From: an uncultured Ignavibacteriales bacterium
Lineage (GTDB): Bacteria; Zixibacteria; MSB-5A5; GN15; FEB-12
Assembly: GCA_964612145.1 (NCBI GenBank)
Contig: CAZTBP010000005.1
Location: forward strand, 71,749-135,748
Reading direction: 5' to 3'
DNA length: 64,000 nucleotides
Shown: positions 18,879-28,775 of the stretch, piece by piece
Layout of the letters: each line of letters opens with the position of its first letter
How positions within the stretch are numbered: the stretch's first letter is position 1
Position numbers and translations under genes: made by a program
Notes under the pieces: model-generated
The model's input: the letters and a program-made list of their open reading frames with translations, nothing else
Databases searched by the model: none
What the model was told of the DNA's origin: nothing

Positions 18879-20541
18879 ATGGCGGCAATAGTCAAACACG
18901 GCCTTTTGACCTATCTGTCTTCACTCGCAGTTTCTCTCCTCGCGTTTGACAGAGTCACCGAAATTCTCTCGGGGGAAAAATCATACGTTTTCTCAATGTC
19001 ACACTAGCAGGCCGTCCTCAATGACTCAACCGGCTCGCCGGTTGCCAACGGGGGCTGTGATATCGTATTCCGTACTTACACCGACTCAATTGGCGGAGCG
19101 TTACTTTGGAGTGAGGCCCATGCGGGAGTGCAGATTACCGGGGGCCGATTCAGTGTCAATCTCGGTAACACCACACCCTTGTCGGACTCAATCTGGGCTG
19201 AAAATAGCCGGTTCCTTGAGATCGAGGTCGAGGGCCAGCCCCTTGCGCCCCGGACTCAACTCACCTCGCATCCCTACAGCTTCCGAGTAGAAACCGTGGA
19301 CGGGTCTTACGGCGGGACCATTGAGGGTGGCATAGCCATTGAGCGCACTACTCGTTTGAAGTCGGCTGAAGAGACCGTGATTTCGATTCAAGATACTTCC
19401 GGCACGACGCAAATGGACGCTAACGCGAGCGCTGTTGATGCCTCTTGGTCTTTTTATGATCCGGTCGACTCAAAAAGGATGGGTTTGCCCAGGCGGGTGA
19501 GGAAGTTACCCGGGTCGGGACCAACGGGCTGTTGATTAAAGACACGCTCGGAGACACGATTTTCAATGCGCCCTCGGATGTTTTCCTGCCGTTACTTTAC
19601 AATGCCTCCGGTCCCAAAGCTCTTTTTGTTAGAAGCGATTTTGACGGCGTAGACACCGTTCCCACCTATGGTATCATCAACACAGAACTGGACGGCACAA
19701 ATTCCGCCTCCGAGCATGTTGTTGCTGTTCGAGGAGAGGCCGTACAGAGTCTTTCAGTTCCTCTCAAGGGCAAGGGAGGACTCTTTGAAGGAGGAGCTGT
19801 CGGAGCGCATGGCATCTCACACAATATAGGTGTTCAGGGACAGAGTTTGTCTTATGCTTATGGCAGTGGAATTGGTGTATACGGCGTGGCCAGTCCAGCC
19901 GATACGGGAGGGACAGGCACAGGGGTATATGGCCACGTGCTCCTGGACGGAGATGGGAGTGGAATTGCCGTAATGGCGAAATAGCCGGAGCCAGCACGGG
20001 GATTAATTACGCAGGGCCATTCGAAGGCGATGTCTCGGTGTTGGGAACCCTGACTAAATCAAGCGGAGCATTCAAGATCGATCATCCGCTCGATCCTGAG
20101 AACAAGTATCTCTATCATTCATTCGTCGAATCCCCAGATATGATGAACGTCTATAATGGCAATGTGACGCTGAATGCGGCCGGGGAGGCGACCGTGTGGC
20201 TCCCTGACTACTTTGAAGTGCTTAACCGTGACTTCCGGTACCAACTAATGCCCATCGGTGCAGCTATGCCGAAACTGCATGTGGCCGAAGAAGTCAGCGA
20301 AAATAGATTTCGGATCAGTGGCGGTATGCCGGGTCAGAAGGTCTCGTGGCAGATAACCGGGATCCGGCAGGATGCATTTGAGAATCAGAATCGCATCCCC
20401 GTTGAGCAAGACAAGCGGACTATGCATCGCGGCAGGTACTTGAATCCGAGGGCATTTGGTTACGGGCCAGAGAAGTCTATTCACTATGATCCGCAATTAG
20501 CTGGCAGTGACCCATATGAGGACCAGCCTGGAGTGAGATGA
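18879..20541 (+). pseudogene. Decayed gene for a secreted tail-fibre/adhesin-like surface protein (one in-frame TAG plus two -1 frameshifts)
   Basis: ATG 18879 gives a signal-like MAAIVKHGLLTYLSSLAVSLLAF. An in-frame TAG at 19005-19007 interrupts ...FSMSH*QAVLNDSTGSPVANG.... Frame 0 switches to frame 2 at the A5 run 19472-19476 (DSK|KDGFAQAGEE). Frame 2 switches to frame 1 near 19972 (GSGIAV|NGEIAGASTG). The last piece carries the conserved GAFKIDHPLDPENKYLYHSFVESPDMMNVYNG C-terminal domain. The track ORFs 19128..19535, 19532..19984 and 20038..20541 are the fragments. Confidence 0.6.
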
Positions 20542-20751
20542 TATCTGGGAAAGTGTGGGATGATCCGAAAGCAGCCTTTGCTGCGTAAGAGGACTTGATC
20601 GCACCAGACACTCCCCGGAGCTTCCTCGTGACCACTCTCACAAATTGAGTTGAAATTGGACTTGTTATTCCGTATCATGACGGAAGAGGCTGCCGCCGTA
20701 GAACGGCGCAGTTGACGAAAACGCAGATTGTGTCAGATCACGAGGTGTTAT

Positions 20752-21960
20752 ATGTTAGCCGAGATGAATGCCAAAGTCCATACCGAACAATGGAAGATAG
20801 CCCGGCACGTCACAAATCTCGAGGCCTCGATCATTCGAGAAATTCTCAAGATCTCCTCGCGGCCCGGTGTTATTAACTTCGCCGGCGGCCTGCCCGCGCC
20901 GGAACTGTTTCCGATCGACGATATCAAGGAAGCGCTCGACACCGCCCTGACAAATTTCGGTGTCAACGCCGTGCAATACTCGCTCACCCGGGGGATAGCG
21001 CCGCTTCGTGAGCTTATTGCCGAACGGGCCACCGGGCGCGGTACCAAAACCGAGGTTGACAACATACAGATTACGGCCGGCGCCCAGCAGGGGATCGAGC
21101 TGATCGCCCGTGCCTTTATCGAACCGGGGGACTTTGTCCTGACCGAGAACCCCACCTATCTGGGCGCGCTGCAGGCCTTCAACTACTATCGTGCCCGGTA
21201 TACGACAGTTGAGATGGACCGCGAAGGGATGATTATCGATGAGGTCCGCAAAAAAATCGAGAAGCGCCGCCCGAAACTGATTTACACCGTCAGCAATTTC
21301 CAGAACCCGACCGGGATCACGATGACCGAGCAGCGCCGACGTGAGCTGGTCGATCTGGCCATCGAATACGACATTCCGATTATCGATGACAATCCGTATG
21401 GCGACATCCGTTTTGCCGGTGAGCAAGTCCCGACTCTTAAATCGTATGGCGGCGATGAGGTGGTCGCCCTTCGAACCTTCTCCAAGATTCTGGCTCCCGG
21501 TCTCCGTGTCGGCTGGATGAACGGCCCGGCTGACATCATGGTGCACTTTGAAAAGGTCAAGCAGTGCACCGACCTCCACACCAACACGCTTGCGCAGGCG
21601 ATGATTTACGAGTTCGTCAAGGCCGGTAAACTCGAGCCGCACATCGAGAAAGTCAAAGCCAGCTATCGCAAGAAACGTGATGTCATGCTGGAAACGATGC
21701 GCCAGACCTTCCCCGAGGGTATCTCGTGGACGGAACCGGAAGGCGGTCTGTTCCTCTGGGTGGAGTTGCCGGATACGATGTCGGCCAAGGATTTGTTCCA
21801 AAAAGCGGTCGACAACAATGTGGCCTATGTCTGGGGCGAACCATTCTTCCCGAACGGTGGCGGCGAGAACACCATGCGCCTGAATTTTGCAACGGCCAGT
21901 CACGAAGAACTAAAGCAGGGTACGGAACGATTGGCCGAAGTGCTGAAGCAGAATATTTAG
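20752..21960 (+). CDS. PLP-dependent aminotransferase, ARO8/LysN (2-aminoadipate/aromatic) type
   Basis: INFAGGLPAPELFP, QYSLTRG, NPTG, SFSKILAPGLRVGW (PLP lysine) and PFFPNGGGENTMRLNFA closely follow Thermus LysN as I recall it. GAGGTG SD before ATG 20752. The ORF track starts at 20728. Confidence 0.85.
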   Translation: MLAEMNAKVHTEQWKIARHVTNLEASIIREILKISSRPGVINFAGGLPAPELFPIDDIKEALDTALTNFGVNAVQYSLTRGIAPLRELIAERATGRGTKTEVDNIQITAGAQQGIELIARAFIEPGDFVLTENPTYLGALQAFNYYRARYTTVEMDREGMIIDEVRKKIEKRRPKLIYTVSNFQNPTGITMTEQRRRELVDLAIEYDIPIIDDNPYGDIRFAGEQVPTLKSYGGDEVVALRTFSKILAPGLRVGWMNGPADIMVHFEKVKQCTDLHTNTLAQAMIYEFVKAGKLEPHIEKVKASYRKKRDVMLETMRQTFPEGISWTEPEGGLFLWVELPDTMSAKDLFQKAVDNNVAYVWGEPFFPNGGGENTMRLNFATASHEELKQGTERLAEVLKQNI

Positions 21961-21988
21961 CCTACACAGGAAGATGACAGACGTTGTG

Positions 21989-22015
21989 GGCCGCCGGATT
22001 ACCGGCGGCCTTTTT
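21989..22015 (+). terminator. Rho-independent terminator after the aminotransferase gene
   Basis: GGCCGCCGG-ATTA-CCGGCGGCC, a perfect 9-bp GC stem, followed by TTTTT. Confidence 0.65.
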
Positions 22016-22083
22016 CACGGGCTGTCGAGCCGACCGGGACAAAAACGTTGCAACCATCGGCTAATTCGGTTACATACACTGCT

Positions 22084-22926
22084 ATGGAAATCCCGTTTGC
22101 CAAATACCATGCCCTTCGCAACGATTTCCTCGTAGTTGAGGCCGGATCCCGTCGAATGGCGACCCGGCGGGTCGAACGTCTGGCTGCGGCCCTTTGTGAC
22201 CGTCGGACGGGCGTGGGAGCCGACGGCATCTTGTATCTCGGGGCGAGCAAGAAGGCCGAACTTCGGGCGGACGTATACAATGCCGACGGGTCCTGGGCCG
22301 AGAAATCGGGCAACGGCTTGCGTATTATCGGCTTGCATGAATTCCTCAAGAGTCGGACGCGGAAGAGATTCACTATTGAAATGGGGGGAGAGGTCTCAGA
22401 GGTCAGAATCGGTCGTCGGTCGGGCAAGGGCTACGTGATTTCCACTGACCTCGGTAAACCGTCGTTTGAGGCGGCTTCGGTGCCGGTCAATTCAAAACAG
22501 CGGTACATGATTCAGGCCCCGTTGAAAATCGGCAATGTGGAACTGCCGGTCACCTGCCTCTCTGTAGGCAATCCACACACTATCCTCTATGTCGACAATT
22601 TCGATTTTGACTGGCAGACACTGGGCGGCGACATCGAGATACACGACGCATTCCCGGAAAGAACCAACGTTGAGTTCGTGAAAATCCTGAGCCCAAAGAA
22701 ACTACAGGTCGCCGAGTGGGAACGCGGCGCCGGACCTACCGGTTCTTCGGGTACCGGCGCCGCTGCTGCCGTTGTGGCTTCGGTCATGTCCGGGTTTGTC
22801 GACCGGGACTGCGAGGTGCAGTTTGAACCGGGGTCGATCCAGGTTACCTGGCACGAAAAGACCGACATCATTGAGCTGGCCGGTCCGGTAGAACCGGTCT
22901 GCACCGGATCGCTGGAGTTTTCATGA
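22084..22926 (+). CDS. dapF: Diaminopimelate epimerase
   Basis: FAKYHALRNDFLVVE, SGNGLR, SVGNPH and ERGAGPTGSSGTGAAAA (two catalytic-Cys-region motifs of DapF). The ORF track starts at 22048. Confidence 0.9.
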   Translation: MEIPFAKYHALRNDFLVVEAGSRRMATRRVERLAAALCDRRTGVGADGILYLGASKKAELRADVYNADGSWAEKSGNGLRIIGLHEFLKSRTRKRFTIEMGGEVSEVRIGRRSGKGYVISTDLGKPSFEAASVPVNSKQRYMIQAPLKIGNVELPVTCLSVGNPHTILYVDNFDFDWQTLGGDIEIHDAFPERTNVEFVKILSPKKLQVAEWERGAGPTGSSGTGAAAAVVASVMSGFVDRDCEVQFEPGSIQVTWHEKTDIIELAGPVEPVCTGSLEFS

Positions 22927-24386
22927 TTCCGTTCTCAAAAGTGCAAATACTCAATCGGCAGGGCAACGTCATCCCTGTCTTCGAGCGGATCCCCGCCGAC
23001 CTCGATACGCCCGTATCGGCCTACATCAAGCTGGCGCTCGGCAAGCGCGAGTCCTTCCTGCTGGAGTCCATTGAGGGTGGCGAGAAATTGGCCCGCTACT
23101 CATTTCTCGGGTTCGATCCCTTCCTGGTCATTGAGGGCGAGGCAGACCGCGTGGTCCTTCGACAGGGGCGTAAAAAACGCACTGTCAAAAGTGATCCGCT
23201 GGCCTTTGTCAAAGAGATGTTCTCCTACTATAAGCCGGTAAAAGTGGGAGGGCTGCCTCGGTTTACCGGTGGTGCGGTTGGTTACTTTGCCTACGATATC
23301 ATTCGTTGGATCGAGAACGTCCCGGATGACAACCCCGATGAAATCGGACTGCCGGCTATGCATCTCGGCATGTACCGCAATTTGGTCGTCTTTGATCATC
23401 TCAAACAGGAGATGCTGCTGATCTGCAATATCCTTCACGAAAAGGGCGATTCAGGCCTCAAGGACAAGTACGATGAAGCGGTCGAAACAATTAACCGATT
23501 CAAAAAGCAGTTGGCCGGCTCACGCCGCAAAGCTCCTGCTGATCCGTCGAAGAAAGCCTGCGCAAGCGCCCACTGCTCCGAATCCGAATTCACGAAGATG
23601 GTTACGCGAGCCAAAAAATATATCAGAGAGGGCGACATCTTCCAGGTTGTACTCTCCCAGCGGTGGCATGTGAACACCGATCTGGCGCCTCTGACGGTCT
23701 ACCGGCGACTGCGTCGGATCAACCCCTCGCCGTACATGTTCCTGTTGGACTTTGGGAAGGCGTCGGTGGTCGGCGCCTCTCCCGAGATGCTCGTTCGAGT
23801 AGAAAAAGGCACGATTGAAACACGCCCGATCGCCGGTACCCGTCCGCGCGGGAAAGACGAAGCGCACGATGACAAACTGGCTGCGGAACTCCTGGGGGAT
23901 CCCAAAGAACTGGCCGAACACACGATGCTGGTCGATCTTGGGCGTAACGACGTGGGCCGCGTGAGTGCTCCGGGGACAGTCGAAGTCCGGGACAAAATGA
24001 TTATCGAAAAATACTCCCATGTCATGCATATTGTAAGTTCGGTGGTCGGCGAGCTCGCGCGCGGCATGAGCCCGATCGAAGGACTGGCTACCTGTTTTCC
24101 GGCCGGAACGGTTTCCGGTGCGCCTAAAATACGCGCCATGGAAATTATCGATGATCTTGAAGGCGAGCGGCGTGGGGTGTATGCCGGAGCGGTGGCTTAT
24201 CTGGATTTCTGGGGCAACCTGGATTCGTGTATTGCGATTCGTACTGTTGTCAGAAAAGGCAAACGATACTACGTCCAGGCCGGGGCCGGAATAGTGGCCG
24301 ATTCCCGGCCGGCCAGGGAGTTCCGCGAGACTCGAGCCAAAGCCGGCGCCCTGCTGGCAGCCCTGGGAGTTGAGTCCGATAAATAA
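22923..24386 (+). CDS. trpE: Anthranilate synthase component I
   Basis: LESIEGGEKLARYSF, GDIFQVVLSQR, SPYMF, RPIAGT and GAVAYLDFWGNLDSCIAIRT motifs. ATGA overlap with the dapF stop. Confidence 0.95.
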   Translation: MIPFSKVQILNRQGNVIPVFERIPADLDTPVSAYIKLALGKRESFLLESIEGGEKLARYSFLGFDPFLVIEGEADRVVLRQGRKKRTVKSDPLAFVKEMFSYYKPVKVGGLPRFTGGAVGYFAYDIIRWIENVPDDNPDEIGLPAMHLGMYRNLVVFDHLKQEMLLICNILHEKGDSGLKDKYDEAVETINRFKKQLAGSRRKAPADPSKKACASAHCSESEFTKMVTRAKKYIREGDIFQVVLSQRWHVNTDLAPLTVYRRLRRINPSPYMFLLDFGKASVVGASPEMLVRVEKGTIETRPIAGTRPRGKDEAHDDKLAAELLGDPKELAEHTMLVDLGRNDVGRVSAPGTVEVRDKMIIEKYSHVMHIVSSVVGELARGMSPIEGLATCFPAGTVSGAPKIRAMEIIDDLEGERRGVYAGAVAYLDFWGNLDSCIAIRTVVRKGKRYYVQAGAGIVADSRPAREFRETRAKAGALLAALGVESDK

Positions 24387-24452
24387 GAAACACACTGCCG
24401 AATCGAGCGGCACGTATAGTCTTTGGTAGCCCCGATAACAGGAAGAAAGGCA

Positions 24453-25019
24453 ATGATCATACTCCTGGACAACTACGATTCGTTCACCTACAACCTGTAC
24501 CAGTACCTGGCCGAGTTGGGCGCCGAGCTCGAAGTACATCGAAACGACGCTCTTTCTGTCGATCAAATACAAAACGCCAAACCTCGCGGGATCGTGCTGT
24601 CGCCTGGTCCGGGCCGCCCGGAAAACGCGGGCATTATGAACGACCTTATCCGCACCTTTGCCGGAGAAGTTCCGATACTCGGCGTCTGTCTTGGGCACCA
24701 GGGAATTGCGCAGGTTCATGGGGCAACGATCACCTATGCCCCCATCCTGATGCATGGCAAGACATCTCAGGTGATGCACGACGGCTCAACCTTGTTTGAG
24801 AACATTGACACTCCGTTCATCGCGACCCGGTATCATTCGCTGACTGTGGAGCCGGGAACGCTTCCGAGGGAGTTCAAGGTGACGGCTCGGACCGCCGACG
24901 ATGTAATCATGGGACTGCAGCATAAAGAACTGCCACTCTACGGTGTACAGTTTCATCCGGAATCGATCATGACCCCGGATGGAAAGACGTTGTTGAAGAA
25001 CTTTTTAGAGACTCTCTGA
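24453..25019 (+). CDS. trpG: Anthranilate synthase component II (glutamine amidotransferase, TrpG/PabA type)
   Basis: MIILLDNYDSFTYNLYQYL, GVCLGHQ (catalytic Cys) and VQFHPES. SD GGAAGAAAGG. The ORF track starts at 24423. Confidence 0.93.
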   Translation: MIILLDNYDSFTYNLYQYLAELGAELEVHRNDALSVDQIQNAKPRGIVLSPGPGRPENAGIMNDLIRTFAGEVPILGVCLGHQGIAQVHGATITYAPILMHGKTSQVMHDGSTLFENIDTPFIATRYHSLTVEPGTLPREFKVTARTADDVIMGLQHKELPLYGVQFHPESIMTPDGKTLLKNFLETL

Positions 25020-26035
25020 TGCTGACCGAGTATATGACAAAAGTGCTCGACGGCGACCACTTGACGACCGAAGAGGCCAAGGAGGCGATGAGCCTAATTA
25101 TGTCCGGCGACGCCAGCCCGGCACAAATAGCAGGATTTGCTATCGCACTCAAGCAAAAAGGGGAAACGCCGGAAGAGGTGGCCGGCTTTGTTGAGGCAAT
25201 GCGCAGTCATTCGGTCCAGCTTGACCTCGGTGAATATGCCGATGAGGCGGTCGACGGCTGCGGGACCGGTGGTGACGGCGCCAATACCTTTAATATCTCA
25301 ACCGCGGCGTCAATAGTCGTAGCGGCTACCGGCATCCCGGTCGCCAAGCACGGCAACCGCTCGGTCAGCTCCAAGTGCGGATCAGCTGACTTGTTGGCCG
25401 GTTTGGGTGCGAATATTGATCCCGGCCCTGAAACGGTGCATAGAAATATCACCGAGGTGAAATTCGGGTTCATGTTCGCTCCTCGTTTTCACCCCGCCAT
25501 GAAACATGCCGCCGTGCCGCGACGGGATCTGGCTATTCGAACCGTGTTCAATATTCTCGGTCCCATGACCAACCCGGCTGGGGTCAAGCGCCAGGTGATC
25601 GGGGTTTTCAATCGCGAGGTCATGTACCTGATTGCCGAAGTCCTCGCGTTGCTTGGCGCCCACCATGTCCTCGTCGCCCATTCGCGCGACGGGCTGGATG
25701 AATTCTCTATCACCGCACCAACTGACTATATCGAAGTAAAGAGCGGCTGGATTGCCAAAGGCACCCTCTCCTGCGAGGATGTCGGGCTGCCGGAACGATA
25801 TCCCGGAGTGCTGGAAGGGGGCGATGTCGAGTTTAATAAGAAGCTGCTGATGGATATTCTCAATGGCAGGGAATCGGCCTACCGCGATGCCGTCCTGTTG
25901 AACGCCGGAGCGATGATTTACGTGGCCGCTAAGGCCAAATCAATCGCTGACGGAGTTGTCAAAGCCGCCGGGGCAATAGATTCCGGGGCGGCAAAAGAAC
26001 TGCTTGACCGCTGGGCCTCAGCAACGCACCCTTAG
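25019..26035 (+). CDS. trpD: Anthranilate phosphoribosyltransferase
   Basis: CGTGGDGANTFNISTA, KHGNRSVSSKCGSADLL and NILGPMTNPA. The start overlaps the trpG stop (TGATG). Confidence 0.95.
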   Translation: MLTEYMTKVLDGDHLTTEEAKEAMSLIMSGDASPAQIAGFAIALKQKGETPEEVAGFVEAMRSHSVQLDLGEYADEAVDGCGTGGDGANTFNISTAASIVVAATGIPVAKHGNRSVSSKCGSADLLAGLGANIDPGPETVHRNITEVKFGFMFAPRFHPAMKHAAVPRRDLAIRTVFNILGPMTNPAGVKRQVIGVFNREVMYLIAEVLALLGAHHVLVAHSRDGLDEFSITAPTDYIEVKSGWIAKGTLSCEDVGLPERYPGVLEGGDVEFNKKLLMDILNGRESAYRDAVLLNAGAMIYVAAKAKSIADGVVKAAGAIDSGAAKELLDRWASATHP

Positions 26036-26038
26036 AGG

Positions 26039-27361
26039 GTGAATAACAACGATCCGCATCTCGATACGCAAATTAGCCCAGCCCGTCCGACTGGCTTTAT
26101 AGGCGGAGTCCAAGATTATATAGAAAGTCTGCGCAGATTCACCCGCAACGCCCGGCTGTATTTATTCGGTTCATTCCTAATGGGAATCAATTTCCAGGTC
26201 TTTAATCTCCTGCTTAACCTGTATCTCAAGGAACTTGGATTTCCGGAAGGCGATATCGGCATGGTCATCTCGGGCCGCGCAATCGGCATGACCATGATGG
26301 CGATACCAGTGGCTGTCATACTATCTAAAGTGCGCCTGAAACCGATTTTGATGGCAACCGTGACAGTCTTTGCCGTGTTTAGCTACTTCATTGTGAATGT
26401 CGACCAACTGGAATTCCTCATCCTGTTCTCGATTCTTTCGGGGACAGCCTTCGCTTTCTACCGAGTTGCGGGCGGACCGTTTTATATGCGCAACTCCACT
26501 CCCAAAGAGCGGACGCACCTTTTTTCACTTTCCTTTGGAGTCATGATTCTCGCCGGAACCGTCGGCTCAGTCGTGGCCGGGAAGGTGGCTTCAGTGTTGG
26601 GTGACGTAACGGGTGAAATGATTACCGGTTACCGCTACACACTGTATGGTGGGATCGGTGTTTCCCTGCTGGCCCTGATACCGTTTGCACTGATCAACGC
26701 CTCGCCTCCATCGGCGGAAGAAAATCGGGTCGTCTTCTCGCGTGAGCGGTTCAGGAAACGGGGCAAATTCTATGGCAAAGTCATGCTGGCAAATTTGCTG
26801 ATAGGCACCGGGGCAGGCCTGGTTATCCCGTTCCTGAATCTTTATTTCAAGACCCGTTTTGATCAACCGCCCGATTCAATCGGTTACTTTTTCTCACTCG
26901 TACATTTCTCAATGGTGGTTGGGACGATTGTCGGCCCGGTCCTGGCGAAAAAATTCGGCCTGGTTCGGACTGTCGTTTTTACGCAGTTAGCGTCGATTCC
27001 TTTTATGTTCGTACTGTCTTACAGTTGGATACTCTGGATGTCGGTCGTGGCATTTGTCGCCCGTGGCGGGCTGATGAATCTGGGCGTCCCGATAACGACT
27101 AATCTGGCGATGGAACTGTCCGACAAGGATGAGCAAGGGCTGGTGAATTCGCTGCTGATGGTCTCCTGGACCGGTTCCTGGATGGTCTCATCCGCCCTGG
27201 GCGGCCAGCTCATTGAAGCCTACGGTTTCACTGTCGCAATGAACATTACTATCGCCCTGTATGTTCTGTCGTCTATAGTGTTCTTCGCCTTTTTCCGTAA
27301 GGCCGAAACGAAACCAACCGAGTCATCCGGATGGGTTCTCAGACGAAGCGAAATAACGTGA
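26039..27361 (+). CDS. MFS transporter embedded in the trp gene block
   Basis: 440 aa with about 12 hydrophobic helices in a 6+6 pattern and a central loop (PPSAEENRVVFSRERFRKRGKF). GTG 26039 lies 3 nt after the trpD stop. Its stop overlaps the trpC start. Confidence 0.8.
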   Translation: MNNNDPHLDTQISPARPTGFIGGVQDYIESLRRFTRNARLYLFGSFLMGINFQVFNLLLNLYLKELGFPEGDIGMVISGRAIGMTMMAIPVAVILSKVRLKPILMATVTVFAVFSYFIVNVDQLEFLILFSILSGTAFAFYRVAGGPFYMRNSTPKERTHLFSLSFGVMILAGTVGSVVAGKVASVLGDVTGEMITGYRYTLYGGIGVSLLALIPFALINASPPSAEENRVVFSRERFRKRGKFYGKVMLANLLIGTGAGLVIPFLNLYFKTRFDQPPDSIGYFFSLVHFSMVVGTIVGPVLAKKFGLVRTVVFTQLASIPFMFVLSYSWILWMSVVAFVARGGLMNLGVPITTNLAMELSDKDEQGLVNSLLMVSWTGSWMVSSALGGQLIEAYGFTVAMNITIALYVLSSIVFFAFFRKAETKPTESSGWVLRRSEIT

Positions 27362-28137
27362 GTGGAATTCTACAGGAAATTGTCGCCAACAAACGCTCCG
27401 AGGTTCAGATACTGAAGACTCAGGAGCCGCTGGAGACTTTTGTCGATAATCTTGATCCCGGGTCGGGACTCGATTTCAAAGCGGCGATTACTGCGTCGGA
27501 TAACACGAACGTCATTGCAGAACTCAAACGCGGCTCACCCTCAAAAGGTGTACTGGCCGAAGACTTTAATCCGGTCGTGCTGGCTGATCAATATCGGGCA
27601 GGGGGAGCCGCGGCGCTGTCGGTTCTGACGGAGCGTCAGTATTTTCACGGCCACTACGAATTCCTGGGCCTGACTAAAAAGCGTTCCGGGCTCCCGGTGC
27701 TCTGCAAGGACTTCATTATCGACCGGTACCAGATTTACCACGCCAAAAAAGAGCAGGCCGATGCTATCCTGTTGATCGTGCGATTACTGCCCCAACGAAC
27801 CCTGATGACTTTCCTCAAGATAGCCAAAGAGCTCGGCATGGATTGCCTGGTAGAAACCCACGGCAGGGAAGAGGTGCGAATCGCTCTTGAGGCCGGGGCT
27901 GAGATAATTGGCGTGAACAATCGGGACTTGGCCACTTTCGATGTGAGCCTCGAAACCTGCGAGGAACTGGCTGAGCTGATCCCGACGGATAGAGTCAAAG
28001 TTGCCGAATCGGGCATATTCAACCGGGAGCATATCGAGCGGCTGCAAAAGAGTGGCTACCACACCTTCCTTATTGGTGAAGCTCTGGTCACGGCTGAAAA
28101 TCCGACTGAACTGCTAAAGTCACTTCGAGGCGTATAG
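27331..28137 (+). CDS. trpC: Indole-3-glycerol-phosphate synthase
   Basis: ILQEIVANKRSEV, IAELKRGSPSKG, LSVLTE, FIIDRYQIYHA and VGVNNRDL. The start is ATG 27331 or, perhaps more likely, GTG 27358 (GTGA overlap with the MFS stop). Confidence 0.93.
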   Translation: MGSQTKRNNVSGILQEIVANKRSEVQILKTQEPLETFVDNLDPGSGLDFKAAITASDNTNVIAELKRGSPSKGVLAEDFNPVVLADQYRAGGAAALSVLTERQYFHGHYEFLGLTKKRSGLPVLCKDFIIDRYQIYHAKKEQADAILLIVRLLPQRTLMTFLKIAKELGMDCLVETHGREEVRIALEAGAEIIGVNNRDLATFDVSLETCEELAELIPTDRVKVAESGIFNREHIERLQKSGYHTFLIGEALVTAENPTELLKSLRGV

Positions 28138-28775
28138 TGCATTTCAAGATCAAAGTGTGTGGTATGACTCGCGAGCGAGATGCCCTGCTGGCGGCCAAAC
28201 TTGGCACCGATCTGATCGGGATGATCTTCTATAGCAAATCGCCGCGATCGATCACGATGAAAGAAGCCCGATCTATCACACGCGCCCTGCCCGCAACGGT
28301 CCAGAAGGTCGGCGTATTTGTCGATGAGCAGGTCGACCGCATTTTGGAAATAGGCAGCCGGCTGTTGCTGGACTATATTCAGTTGCACGGTCCGTATACA
28401 TCGGCTCAAATTCGCGCGATACAAAAAGCGGGGGGGCGTGTAATCAACGTGTATCACGTAACCAGCAAGAAAGACTACTCCCGTGTGCTCCTCGATCCTG
28501 CCGATCTGGTTATGCTGGACAATAGATCGGACGATGCCGTCGGAGGAACCGGCCAGACTTTTGACTGGGGGATCAGGCCGCCTCGGAATATCCCGAATCT
28601 GGTGCTGGCCGGGGGGATTTCAACAGATAATTTGGCCGAAGGTATCCGTCGGTTTACACCGCTGGTCGTGGATGTGAATTCAGGAGTCGAGAGCAGACCG
28701 GGCGTGAAATCACCTGAAAAGCTAAAGCAATTTTTTGCAATGTGTAATTCAATCCGTTATGGCAAAAACAGTTAA
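28137..28775 (+). CDS. trpF: Phosphoribosylanthranilate isomerase
   Basis: [27 protein letters not shown] and LAGGIS. GTG 28137 overlaps the trpC TAG by 1 nt. Confidence 0.9.
   Translation: MHFKIKVCGMTRERDALLAAKLGTDLIGMIFYSKSPRSITMKEARSITRALPATVQKVGVFVDEQVDRILEIGSRLLLDYIQLHGPYTSAQIRAIQKAGGRVINVYHVTSKKDYSRVLLDPADLVMLDNRSDDAVGGTGQTFDWGIRPPRNIPNLVLAGGISTDNLAEGIRRFTPLVVDVNSGVESRPGVKSPEKLKQFFAMCNSIRYGKNS

Noticed and set aside
18879-20541. Explaining the frameshifts as sequencing homopolymer errors or as programmed recoding
   Set aside because: A7-A8 runs inside ftsK, trpB and the aminotransferase are in frame, so systematic homopolymer error is unlikely. No slippery heptamer plus downstream structure, and no Pyl/Sec machinery, is evident for recoding. 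Read-level data are still needed, so the rejection is provisional.
20571-20584. GAAAGCAGCC...GCTGC, superficially like the SRP RNA domain IV GGAAGCAGCC motif
   Set aside because: It is only a 5-bp GCAGC/GCTGC hairpin. The flanking sequence lacks the symmetric/asymmetric loop context and the closing helix of 4.5S RNA.
20755-21903. 382-aa minus-strand ORF
   Set aside because: It is an antisense shadow of the ARO8/LysN-type aminotransferase and is a low-complexity Arg/Gly/Asp-rich translation.
22016-22083. Possible trp leader peptide, T-box or attenuator upstream of the aromatic block
   Set aside because: Only about 68 nt lie between the upstream terminator and the dapF start, and trpE overlaps dapF. 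I found no Trp-codon mini-ORF, no alternative hairpins and no T-box specifier features.
23520-24779. 419-aa minus-strand ORF
   Set aside because: It is antisense to trpE/trpG, which carry clear motifs on the plus strand, and it has no recognisable motifs of its own.
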